A program made the translations under genes and the position numbers. DNA of 64,000 bases, taken from the NCBI GenBank assembly GCA_040954595.2, contig CM082582.2:1844303-1908302 (forward strand), in the 5' to 3' direction. The notes below the pieces were generated by a model. The model saw only the letters and a program-made list of their open reading frames with translations, was not told where the DNA came from and made no database searches. Below, piece after piece: positions 26,901 to 38,975 of the stretch. The stretch is from Balanoglossus misakiensis. Its lineage: Eukaryota; Animalia; Hemichordata. How positions within the stretch are numbered: position 1 is the stretch's first letter; every line of letters begins with the position of its first letter.

Positions 26901-29291
26901 AATGTGCTTACTTCAAGTTAAGTTGTTCACATTGACTTCATAAATGATCTGTGACCATTCTTTCATTTGTGTCAATTTACGTGATGTGTCTATAGACATA
27001 TTGTGATCAGACAAACTATTTCAACTCATGTATTCTCTTTACAATGTACTGAATTTATTTAAAGTTGTTCACATTGACTTCATAAATGATCTGTGTCCAT
27101 TCTTGCAGTCATGTCCATGTACGTGATGTGTCTATAGACATATTGTGACCAGACAAATTATTACAACTCTGGTATTCTGTTTACAATTCACTGACTTCAA
27201 GCAAAGTTGTTCACATTGACTTCATAAATGATCTGTGTCCATTCTTGCATTCATGTCCATGTATGTGATGTGTCTATAGACATATTGTGACCAGACAAAT
27301 TAATACAACTATGGTATTCTGTTTACAATGTAATGACTTCAAGTAAAGTTGTTCACATTGACTTCATAAATGATCTGTGTCCATTCTTTCAGTCATGTCC
27401 GTGTACGTGATGTGTCGATAGACATATTGTGACCAGACAAATTATTACAACTCTGGTATTCTGTTTACAATTTACTGACTTCAAGTAAAGTTGTTCACAT
27501 TGACTTCATAAATGATCTGTGTCCATTCTTGCATTCATGTCCATCTACGTGATGTGTCTATAGACATATTGTGACCAGACAAATTATTACAACTCTGGTA
27601 TTCTGTTTACAATGTACTAACATGAAGTAAAGTTGTTCACATTGACTTCATTAATGATCTGTGTCCATTCTTGCATTCATGTCCATGTACGTGATGTGTC
27701 TATAGACATATTGTGACCAGACAAATTATTACAACTCTGGTATTCTGTTTACAATTTACTGACTTCAAGCAAAGTTGTTCACATTGACTTCATAAATGAT
27801 CTGTGTCCATTCTTGCATTCATGTCCATGTATGTGATGTGTCTATAGACATATTGTGACCAGACAAATTAATACAACTATGGTATTCTGTTTACAATGTA
27901 ATGACTTCAAGTAAAGTTTTTCACATTGACTTCATAAATGATCTGTGTCCATTCTTTCAGTCATGTTCGTGTACGTGATGTGTCGATAGACATATTGTGA
28001 CCAGACAAATTATTACAACTCTGGTATTCTGTTTACAATTTACTGACTTCAAGTAAAGTTGTTCACATTGACTTCATAAATGATCTGTGTCCATTATTGC
28101 ATTCATGTCCATGTACGTGATGTGTTTATAGACATATTGGGACCAGACAAATTATTACAACTCTGGTATTTTGTGTACAATTTACTGACTTCAAGTAAAG
28201 TTGTTCACATTGACTTCATAAATGATCTGTGTCCATTCTTGCATTCATGTCCATGTACGTGATGTGTCTATAGACATATTGTGACCAGACAAATTAATAC
28301 AACTATGGTATTCTGTTTACAATGTAATGACTTCAAGTAAAGTTGTTCACATTGACTTCATAAATGATCTGTGTCCATTCTTGCATTCATGTCCATGTAC
28401 GTGATGTGTCGATAGACATATTGTGACCAGACAAATTATTACAACTCTGGTATTCTGTTTACAATTTACTGACTTCAAGTAAAGTTGTTCACATTGACTT
28501 CATAAATAATCTGTGTCCATTCTTGCATTCATGTCCATGTACGTGATGTGTCTATAGACATATTGTGACCAGACAAATTAATACAACTATGGTATTCTGT
28601 TTACAATGTAATGACTTCAAGTAAAGTTGTTCACATTGACTTCATAAATGATCTGTGTCCATTCTTGCAGTCATGTCCATGTACGTGATGTGTCTATAGA
28701 CATATTGTGACCAGACAAATCATTACAACTCTGGTATTCTGTTTACAATTTACTGACTTCAAGTAAAGTTGTTCACATTGACTTCAAAAATGATCTGTGT
28801 CCATTCTTGCATTCATGTCCATGTACGTGATGTGTCTATAGACATATTGTGACCAGACAAATTATTACAACTCTGATATTCTGTTTACAATGTACTGACA
28901 TAAAGTAAAATTGTTCACATTGACTTCATAAATGATCTGTGTCCATTCTTGCATTCATGTCCATGTACGTGATGTGTCTATAGACATATTGTGACCAGAC
29001 AAATTAATACAACTATGGTATTCTGTTTACAATGTAATGACTTCAAGTAAAGTTGTTCACATTGACTTCATAAATGATCTGTGTCCATTCTTGCATTCAT
29101 GTCCATGTACGTGATGTGTCGATAGACATATTGTGACCAGACAAATTATTACAACTCTGGTATTCTGTTTACAATTTACTGACTTCAAGTAAAGTTGTTC
29201 ACATTGACTTCATAAATGATCTGTGTCCATTCTTGCATTCATGTCCATGTACGTGATGTGTCTATAGACATATTGTGACCAGACAAATTAA
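20970..29291 (+). repeat. 142-bp satellite array, block 2
   Basis: Same monomer and orientation. Additional variants appear (e.g. ATATTGGGACC, GTCCACATT). Confidence 0.99.
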
Positions 29292-30789
29292 CACTTTCGC
29301 TGCGGGAGGGCGTTTTCTGCGCCGGCAGTCAGAATGCGGGAGGCGCATAAATGCGCCAAGATCGCGTCCGTTACTTGGTCTGTTCTATTTTATGTTCGTT
29401 GCTTATTTACTCATTTTGTATGACTATATATAGGACAGGGGTCAACCCTAATTGAGCATGCGCATATGTATTGTAAACAATCAAGTCGATTTTGTCATCA
29501 AAGGGTTTCCTTATACAGCTGATTTTAGGTCGCCCCGATCATAATTTTTCATTCACTTGGTATTTAAAAATGGTGACATGGGCAAAGTTTGATGCCGACG
29601 AAGTTCTTGAACAAGTCTTTCAGGATAGTGACAGCGATCATAGCGATAGCGGAAGCCAAATTACGGACAACAACATCATAGAACCAGAAATAGAAGCCAG
29701 ACACGGAGAAAACAGAGTAGAAACAGAGAGAGAGGGAGGGTTTTTGCCATGTTCTCGGACGTCGTAACGTTGATGGTGACACGCGGTGGGTTTTGTATGA
29801 CGTAAATGACAATTACACACCGGACTGGTTGTCTGTATACGATCGTCGCTAAGGTTTATTAGTTGACACTGATGACTTTGCGCCGGTTGACTTTTTTCAG
29901 CTGTTCTTTCCTGGTGATGTGTTTGAGTTGATGTCATTGTCAGAGCAAACTGATATGTACACCACACAATTTTTTGACAACCCTGCAATTGATGAGTTGC
30001 CCTTCCGGTCAAGATTTCGCTAGATGCCTACTTCACTGAATTAAATGAAGGCGTAGGTTTCTTTGCAAATCTTGATGGGACTTTGCCAGAAGTCTATGTT
30101 GTCAGAGTATTATATCCATTTGAAATGAATTGCCAAAACAGTACTATGCTAATGAATTTTTTTTAAATGTGTGTATATTCATATTTACCAACCTTGATTT
30201 CTTCAACTTGCAATTCATTAAAACGTAGAGTATTTAATAAATTACTTAATTAATTTATTTTATTATTATTATTTATTTACAAATTCAATCATTCACCTTT
30301 TCACTAATAATCTATATTTCTTTCTCAGATTTTAAACATGTATACATGTAAATGGTGGGCATGATTTGATAATAGTTTTTATGGTCCATTAATAAATTTG
30401 ATCAAATTTCTTGCTCAAAAGTCACTTGTTATTCCCTTTTATACAGGGGGAAGTTGTTTTTGACTATTTTTGTCTGTCAGCTGTGATACAATGAATTAAA
30501 TACAGTATTTCAGTCACTTATATTACAATATCTGTTGTTTTTACCATATTTCGACAGAAATCCATTATGGCCGCCAGTGTCACATGACCAATTAATGGTC
30601 ATGTGACCATTTTTCAGTTTTATTATGTTGGTTGTCTTATAAAATATACTTGCTGGAAATATCATTGCATATACTTTCATATTACAAGAGATAGAGATGG
30701 TAAAGTAAAACATTGTTTATTAGTTAAATTTACCATAGGAAACTACGCACAGGAATACATTAGCATATATTAACTACGCAGTGAAAGTG
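29292..30789 (+). mobile_element. Non-autonomous (internally deleted) piggyBac DNA transposon, 1498 bp
   Basis: TTAA TSD at 29288-29291 and 30790-30793. 13-bp TIRs CACTTTCGCTGCG / CGCAGTGAAAGTG (12/13 match). The satellite monomer resumes exactly. Confidence 0.92.
29570..30111 (+). pseudogene. Degenerate N-terminal part of a piggyBac transposase
   Basis: Acidic N-terminus MVTWAKFDADEVLEQVFQDSDSD, followed in shifted frames by PVDFFQLFFPGDVFELM..QTDMY and MKA*VSLQILMGL, which resemble the first conserved blocks of piggyBac transposases. No catalytic DDD region is recognisable. Confidence 0.75.
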
Positions 30790-33700
30790 TTAATACAACT
30801 ATGGTATTCTGTTTACAATGTAATGACTTCAAGTAAAGTTGTTCACATTGACTTCATAAATGATCTGTGTCCATTCTTGCAGTCATGTCCATGTACGTGA
30901 TGTGTCTATAGACATATTGTGACCAGACAAATTATTACAACTCTGGTATTCTGTTTACAATTTACTGACTTCAAGTAAAGTTGTTCACATTGACTTCATA
31001 AATGATCTGTGTCCATTCTTGCATTCATGTCCATGTACGTGATGTGTCTATAGACATATTGTGACCAGACAAATTATTACAACTCTGATATTCTGTTTAC
31101 AATGTACTGACATAAAGTAAAATTGTTCACATTGACTTCATAAATGATCTGTGTCCATTCTTGCATTCATGTCCATGTACGTGATGTGTCTATAGACATA
31201 TTGTGATCAGACAAACTATTCCAACTCATGTATTCTGTTTACAATGTGCTTACTTCAAGTAAAGTTGTTCACATTGACTTCATAAATGATCTGTGACCAT
31301 TCTTGCATTCATGTCCATGTACGTGATGTGTTTATAGACATATTGGGACCAGACAAATTATTACAACTCTGGTATTTTGTGTACAATTTACTGACTTCAA
31401 GTAAAGTTGTCCACATTGTCTTCATAAATGATCTGTGTCCATTCTTGCATTCATGTCCATGTACGTGATGTGTCTATAGACATATTGTGACCAGACAAAT
31501 TATTACAACTCTGATATTCTGTTTACAATGTACTGACATAAAGTAAAATTGTTCACATTGACTTCATAAATGATCTGTGTCCATTCTTGCATTCATGTCC
31601 ATGTACGTGATGTGTCTATAGACATATTGTGACCAGACAAATTAATACAACTCTGGTATTCTGTTTACAATTTACTGACTTCAAGTAAAGTTGTCCACAT
31701 TGTCTTCATAAATGATCTGTGTCCATTCTTGCATTCATGTCCATGTCCATGTACGTGATGTGTCTATAGACATATTGTGACCAGACAAATTATTACAACT
31801 CTGGTATTCTGTTTACAATTTACTGACTTCAAGTAAAGTTGTTCACATTGACTTCATAAATGATCTGTGTCCATTCTTGCATTCATGTCCATGTACGTGA
31901 TGTGTCTATAGACATATTGTGACCAGACAAATTAATACAACTATGGTATTCTGTTTACAATGTAATGACTTCAAGTAAAGTTGTTCACATTGACTTCATA
32001 AATGATCTGTGTCCATTCTTGCATTCATGTCCATGTACGTGATGTGTCTATAGACATATTGTGATCAGACAAACTATTCCAACTCATGTATTCTGTTTAC
32101 AATGTGCTTACTTCAAGTAAAGTTGTTCACATTGACTTCATAAATGATCTGTGACCATTCTTGCATTCATGTCCATGTACGTGATGTGTCTATAGACATA
32201 TTGTGACCAGACAAATTATTAAAACTCTGGTATTCTGTTTACAATTTACTGACTTCAAGTAAAGTTGTTCACATTGACTTCATAAATGATCTGTGTCCAT
32301 TCTTGCATTCATGTCCATGTACGTGATGTGTCTATAGACATATTGTGATCAGACAAACTATTCCAACTCATGTATTCTGTTTACAATGTGCTTACTTCAA
32401 GTAAAGTTGTTCACATTGACTTCATAAATGATCTGTGACCATTCTTGCATTCATGTCCATGTACGTGATGTGTTTATAGACATATTGGGAACAGACAAAT
32501 TATTACAACTCTGGTATTTTGTGTACAATTTACTGACTTCAAGTAAAGTTGTCCACATTGACTTCATAAATGATCTGTGTCCATTCTTTCAGTCATGTCC
32601 ATGTACGTGATGTGTCTATAGACATATTGTGACCAGACAAATTAATACAACTATGGTATTCTGTTTACAATGTAATGACTTCAAGTAAAGTTGTTCACAT
32701 TGACTTCATAAATGATCTGTGTCCATTCTTGCAGTCATGTCCATGTACATGATGTGTCTATAGACATATTGTGACCAGACAAATTATTACAACTCTGGTA
32801 TTCTGTTTACAATTTACTGACTTCAAGTAAAGTTGTTCACATTGACTTCATAAATGATCTGTGTCCATTCTTGCAGTCATGTCCATGTACGTGATGTGTC
32901 GATAGACATATTGTGACCAGACAAATTATTACAACTCTGGTATTCTGTTTACAATTTACTGACTTCAAGTAAAGTTGTTCACATTGACTTCATAAATGAT
33001 CTGTGTCCAATCTTGCATTCATGTCCATGTACGTGATGTGTCTATACACATATTGTGACCAGACAAATTAATACAACTCTGATATTCTGTTTACAATTTA
33101 CTGACTTCAAGTAAAGTTGTTCACATTGACTTCATAAATGATCTGTGTCCATTCTTGCATTCATGTCCATGTACGTGATGTGTCTATAGTCATATTGTGA
33201 CCAGACAAATCATTACAACTCTGATATTCTGTTTACAATGTAGTGACATAAAGTAAAATTGTTCACATTGACTTCATAAATGATCTGTGTCCATTCTTGC
33301 ATTCATGTCCATGTACGTTATGTGTCTATAGACATATTGTGATCAGACAAACTATTTCAACTCATGTATTCTGTTTACAATGTACTGAATTCAAGTCAAG
33401 TTGTTCACATTGACTTCATAAATGATCTGTGTCCATTCTTGCAGTCATGTCCATGTACGTGATGTGTCTATAGACATATTGTGACCAGACAAATTATTAC
33501 AACTCTGGTATTCTGTTTACAGTTTACTGACTTCAAGTAAAGTTGTTCACATTGACTTCATAAATGATCTGTGTCCATTCTTGCATTCATGTCCATGTAC
33601 ATGATGTGTCTATAGACATATTGTGACCAGACAAATTATTACAACTCTGGTATTCTGTTTACAATTAACTGACTTCATAAATGATCTGTGTCCATTCTTG

Positions 33701-34228
33701 CATTCATGTCCACGTACGTGATGTGTCTATAGACATATTTTGACCAGACAAATTATTACAACTCTGGTATTCTGTTTACAATGTACTAACATGAAGTAAA
33801 GTTGTTCACATTGACTTCATAAATGATTTGTGTCCATTCTTGCATTCATGTCCATGTACGTGATGTGTCTATAGACATATTGTGACCAGACAAATTATTA
33901 CAACTGTGGTATTCTGTTTACAATGTACTGACTTCAAGTTAAGTTGTTCACATTGACTTCATAAATGATCTGTGTCCATTCTTGCATTCATGTCCATGTA
34001 CGTGATGTGTCTATAGACATATTGTGACCAGACAAATTATTACAACTCTGGTATTCTGTTTACAATGTACTGACTTCAAGTTAAGTTGTTCACATTGACT
34101 TCATAAATGATCTGTGTCCATTCTTGCATTCATGTCCATGTACGTGATGTGTCTATAGACATATTGTGACCAGACAAATTATTACAACTCTGATGTTCTG
34201 TTTACAATGTACTGACATGAAGTAAAAT
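30790..34228 (+). repeat. 142-bp satellite array, block 3
   Basis: Same monomer and orientation. Confidence 0.99.
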
Positions 34229-34400
34229 CCCCCAATTAAACGAGACTTACCTGGAAGTTGAAGTTTGATAGGGATTCTATGTAGTCATCTTAACACGAAA
34301 GGGATCACATGGGATATGCACTGCGCATGAGTAACTTCAGACTTGAAAGGGTGAAAGAACACGTCATAATAAACCTCCACAGAGGGTGGGCATGGGTGGG

Positions 34401-34518
34401 CATGTGATCCCTTTCGTGTTAAGATTACTACATAGAATCCCTATCAAACTTCAACTTCCAGGTAAGTCTCGTTTAATTGGGGGATTCTATTACGTCATCA
34501 CGCTCAAGGAACCACATG
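34401..34518. repeat. DIRS internal complementary region (ICR)
   Basis: 34401-34486 is the reverse complement of 34226-34311 (1 mismatch). 34484-34518 is the reverse complement of 40920-40954 (1 mismatch). The two halves overlap at ATT. Confidence 0.95.
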
Positions 34519-34625
34519 AGATTTTAAAGCAAGACGTGTGAATGAACCAAATGCCCACAGAAAACATATATGAGAACTCAAATGTATTTAATTAAATAAA
34601 TGAAACACTGGTTTACACTTCCAAC

Positions 34626-36050
34626 TTACATCTTCAAAACACCCAAAGCAAAAACATCATAGTCTTTGACAACAGGTTTATTATAAAACCTTGCAAAAGT
34701 ACACATAGAAGACCAGCCTGCTTTGGCAATGATCTCCTGGATAGGAACAAAATTTTTCTTTGCTGTTGAGGCAGCAACAGCCCTAACACTATGAGCTTTG
34801 AACACACTGGTATTAATACCTGACCTGGTCATGACTTCACGAATCCAACGACTAATGGTCGCTTTTGACACTGCCTTATGAGGCTTAACATAACTAATAA
34901 AAAGTTGACTGTCATTATCACGAAAAACCTTAGTGCGTGATAAATACTCCTTTAATGTAGCACATACACACAACCTAACATCAGATGGATATGGTTGTAA
35001 GACTACAACAGGGTTAGCATACCCTGGTCGACTCTGTTTGAGTAAACAGTCAAAAGTAAAGGTGAATGACATGCCATTTTCGGTCATATTTTGTGTGTTT
35101 AATAAATGTAAAGACTGACAGCGTGCAGCTGTTATCAAAGCTATCAACATAGCAAGTTTCAATGTAAGCAAGAACTTTGCGAACATCCCAAATATGAGTA
35201 TATTTTGACAATGCTGGACGTAGATTGAAAACCCCTTTCATAAATCTCACAACAAGGGGGTGTGCACCTACAGTGGTAGAATGCTGCTTACATGAAATAG
35301 AACACAAGGCAGACAAAGCAGACCTAGCAGTGTTTAAAGGGACAGAGTCTCTCTCTGGCTGCCTTTTTTCCATTAATTATATTTGATACAAGACACCGTT
35401 TGTTATTCCACATGTGGATATATACTGACTGAAGGTTCAACCACACACAACTTCCATCCCCCTTATAGACAGGAGAGTGAAAAAAATCGCCAAAATGAAT
35501 AATCGTTCTTTACCATTTATTCATTTTGGGCGAGTTTTTACTCTCATATCATACAAGTGGGATGGAAGTTTTGTGTGGTTGATCATTGATTCACTATATA
35601 TCCACATGTACATTAACATAAACAGTGTCTTGTATCAAACATAATTAATGGAAAAAAGGGCAGTGAGAGAGAGACTTTGTCCCTTTAAGGCACTATAACT
35701 TAGGCCAGACTGATATAGTTCTGTCAAGAAATCCAAGACATGATTTATAGTTGGATAAAATGGATCTGCCTTGACTTTACGACAAAAGTGTATCCACTGT
35801 CTAGTATATGTTCCATATTGTCTTTTAGTGCTATGTCGCCATGATGCCATGATGATTGCGGCTGCTCTTGCAGAAACATTCTGCTTTTCCAGGGAATCCC
35901 TGACACATTGCAAACCATGAGACGTAGTTTCCTCCGCAATGGGTGAAGAATTGGAGAGTGTGGAAGTGTCAATAGACTGTCCCTCTTTGGAAGTAGAACA
36001 GGCAGATTTATTAACATCTGTAACAATGGTGTGAACCATGGCTGCGTTGG
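34626..36050 (-). pseudogene. DIRS tyrosine recombinase, split by a MITE and a frameshifting deletion
   Basis: N-terminal SWRHSTKRQY..YSAL/NTARSALS..HPLVVRFMKG. Catalytic motifs AARCQ, KQSRPG, HSVR, AGW, RFY. Frame break near 35165. The 5' boundary is approximate. Confidence 0.9.
35338..35684. mobile_element. MITE with TTAA TSD and AG..CT termini (Kolobok-like), 347 bp
   Basis: TTAA at 35334-35337 and 35685-35688. ~60-bp imperfect TIRs (AGGGACAGAGTCTCTCTCT... / ...AGAGAGAGACTTTGTCCCT) plus inner inverted repeats. Removal restores the reading SYSALNTARSA. Confidence 0.9.
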
Positions 36051-36953
36051 CCAAACCGGGGCAATCAGTATCCCTGTTGCCTGGTCTGCTGCAATCTTCT
36101 GAACGCATCTTCCCATCAAACTGAAGGGAGGAAAAGCATAAAAATAATGAGATTTCCAATCTATTGTAAATGCATCAATATGCATAGCACCTGGTTGTGG
36201 ATGCCATGATACAAAGTTTGGCAGCTGAGTATTGAGTCTAGAAGCAAAAAGATCAATATCAGGCAAAGCCCACATCTTACAAATAGCCGTGAAAACTGTT
36301 GGATCTAATTGCCACTCAGTTTGTTCATTGAAATGTCTTGACTCAAAATCTGCCTCTATATTGAGGGAACCAGGTAAATGGGCTGCTGTAAGCCATATAC
36401 TTCTTTCTTTACACCAAAGCCATACTGATTTGGCAATATTATTACAGTCGATGGACTTTACTCCGCCCATTTTATTTACATACGCTACTGCTGTAGTGTT
36501 ATCAGAAAACACTTTCACGTGTTTATTCTTAATTAAATATTCAACTGATTTCAATGACAAATATATTGCCAGTAACTCTAAAAAGTTGATGTGGTGACTA
36601 GCCTCCTGGGCTGTCCATCTGCCCCCTCCCCTTTTTCCATCACAACTAAAGCCCCAACCGAGGTTGGAGGCATCACAAGAAACACAAATTTCAGGGTTAC
36701 ATCTACAAATGCAACGTTTCTCATTGAGTAGATTGTGAAACCACCAGGTTAAATCAACCTTCATATCTTTTGTGATAGCCATGTTGGCATCAAAGTTGCC
36801 TTTGTGAAATTTTAATGATGAAATCTTTGCTATGTCAAGAGACCTATAAAATAAAGGTCCAAATTCTACTCCAGGGAAACTGGAAATCATCATACCAATA
36901 ACTCTGGCAACAATGCGGATGGACTCAAAGTCTTCCGCAACAAATCCGCACAT
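35745..36953 (-). CDS. DIRS RNase H + N6-adenine DNA methyltransferase domain (frameshifted from RT)
   Basis: RNase H CDAS..GWG, HINFLELLA, SDNTTAV, ADFESR. Methylase DLFASRLN, DAFTIDW, YAFPPF, APVWPTQPWF. Confidence 0.9.
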   Translation of the reverse strand: MCGFVAEDFESIRIVARVIGMMISSFPGVEFGPLFYRSLDIAKISSLKFHKGNFDANMAITKDMKVDLTWWFHNLLNEKRCICRCNPEICVSCDASNLGWGFSCDGKRGGGRWTAQEASHHINFLELLAIYLSLKSVEYLIKNKHVKVFSDNTTAVAYVNKMGGVKSIDCNNIAKSVWLWCKERSIWLTAAHLPGSLNIEADFESRHFNEQTEWQLDPTVFTAICKMWALPDIDLFASRLNTQLPNFVSWHPQPGAMHIDAFTIDWKSHYFYAFPPFSLMGRCVQKIAADQATGILIAPVWPTQPWFTPLLQMLINLPVLLPKRDSLLTLPHSPILHPLRRKLRLMVCNVSGIPWKSRMFLQEQPQSSWHHGDIALKDNMEHILDSGYTFVVKSRQIHFIQL

Positions 36954-37819
36954 GCTGAAACTAGCTTGTCAGCTTTATATTGCGTTAATGTCACAATCAT
37001 TAGAACAGAGTCAATCTCAAACCCTGAAAAGGTGAGTTTCTGAGTGGGGATGAGAACAGATTTGACTGGATGATGCATAAACCCAAGTTCTTCCACAAGG
37101 GCCACAGTATCCAATACATTATGATGACATTCATCGAAGGTATTTCCCACTAGGAACGAATCATCAATATAACCCATAATGGTGTGACCCATTTGGCGAA
37201 GTGTAGTATACACTTGCTTAAGCAATTTAGTAAACAAACGTGGCGCAGATGCCAATCCATTGGGTAGGCAGGTATACTGAAACAAATTGCCTTTCCACAC
37301 AAATTTGAGATATTTTTGGTGGTCTTCTGCAATAGGGACAGAATAATACGCATCTTTAAGATCTACTGATGCCATGTAGCAACCACGTGCAACGAGGCGT
37401 ATGGCTGTTTCAAAAGTATCCATTTTGAAATGATGATACTGCACTGATTCATTAAGACACTTAAGATTAAGAATCATTCTGAAATTACCATCCTTTTTTG
37501 GTACAACAAAAATTGGTGACAGAAATTCACCAGCACAGTGATGAGAATACACAATAACTTGTTTCGAAAGTAAATTGCTAATTTCATTAGCAATATTGGC
37601 CTCCTCATTTGCATTGAAAGATGCTGATTTAGGTGCATACACTTGCACTGGTGGAAGACCATTGGTAAATTCAATGTGAGCATGCAGAGCAATATCAATT
37701 ATACGTTCATCAGATGTAATATTACGCCATTTATCTGCAAAATGTTTCAGTCTACCTGCTGTAAAACTTTGTACATTACCTAGTGAAATACTCACAGGTG
37801 AAACAGCAGTGGTATCCAT
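36890..37819 (-). CDS. DIRS reverse transcriptase
   Basis: AGRLKHF, FVVPKKDG.FRMILNL, VDLKDAYY, LPNGL.SAPRLFTK, GYIDD. A frameshift near 36930 separates it from RNase H. Confidence 0.92.
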   Translation of the reverse strand: MDTTAVSPVSISLGNVQSFTAGRLKHFADKWRNITSDERIIDIALHAHIEFTNGLPPVQVYAPKSASFNANEEANIANEISNLLSKQVIVYSHHCAGEFLSPIFVVPKKDGNFRMILNLKCLNESVQYHHFKMDTFETAIRLVARGCYMASVDLKDAYYSVPIAEDHQKYLKFVWKGNLFQYTCLPNGLASAPRLFTKLLKQVYTTLRQMGHTIMGYIDDSFLVGNTFDECHHNVLDTVALVEELGFMHHPVKSVLIPTQKLTFSGFEIDSVLMIVTLTQYKADKLVSACADLLRKTLSPSALLPELLV

Positions 37820-38975
37820 AGCCTCTACTTCGCTTGAGACTTGGCTTGAGGCCTTGGCCCTTTGTAGTAGTTTTTTGGACCATCACGGTATTCAGCAAAT
37901 TGTCTGTAGTTGCCACGACCTCTAACTGGTCCTCTGTAGCGGAAACCACGACCTCTCATTCTGGCACGATAACCTCCTCTCATTTGTCGCACATCAATTT
38001 TATTTCCAGCCTTATTGACTTCTTGTATATCTTTTACTCGTCTGGAAATGTCATCGCCAAACAAATAGTCTGTGAATGGCACAGTAGAAGAGCACAAATG
38101 GAGATAATCCAGTCTCAAATCCGGTTTAATGCAATCTCGTCTCCTGAGATTTAACAGCCGATTGGTGTGCCCCAAAAAGGCCTGTGAATGGGTGCCCAGA
38201 TCAAGTAATTTCTGGATGTCAACATTATCCTGAGGTTTGTCCTTTAACTTGGCTAGTTCACTAACCAGTTGAGTTACACAAACTGATCCCTTCACAAGGG
38301 AATTTTGCACTACCTGGAACTTTGTGTCCAAAGTTCTTGTCTCTGGGCGTATGATATCCCAGATCAGTTGGTTTACTCTTACATTTGTCAACCCATGACA
38401 GTTTTCTGGGCGAAGAAACTTCTTAACAAGATCATTGTATTTCTCATCAGGAATTCCATCCCTGAAGAAAGCACTAATCATAGTAGCAAAATCTTCATCA
38501 ACAGTATCATCACATTGTTCCTTTACCAGAAACTTGGTAGCCATATCCTTGAACATACTTGGTTGACTGGTGACGTCACTCACAGTGGCATCAGTAGCAG
38601 TAGCACTGCCGCTAGCCGAAGCACCAACTTCGGACGCGTCCGAAGCAGAAGGTTTCATGTGTGAGACAGTTGTCTCATCCTCGACATCTTCAACACAAAT
38701 TTCATTGTCATCTTCATAATAACAATCCTGTTCAATTTTCTCCATACGCGTAGTGAGCTTACCCTGATTGTCCTTGATCTCCGTAAGCAGATTCAAAATG
38801 GCCGACATCTCACCAGAACCAGCCGGTGTGTCTACAGATGACCTGCTCACCTTACTAGTTGTCGCCTCCGACGTTGTGTCGCCCGTGACTAAAACAGCGG
38901 CACTATCACGTTTACGCTTGGAATGTTTGTCAACGTCTGAAACAACTGCACCCCCAGCATCCTTAGATGCAATGT

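Noticed and set aside
29292-30789. CACTA assignment from the CACT termini
   Set aside because: The TTAA duplication and piggyBac-type peptide relics indicate piggyBac.
34626-37819. Prophage/integron, retron or restriction-modification system (integrase + RT + methylase)
   Set aside because: Gene set, ITRs and ICR are fully explained by a DIRS1-type retrotransposon.
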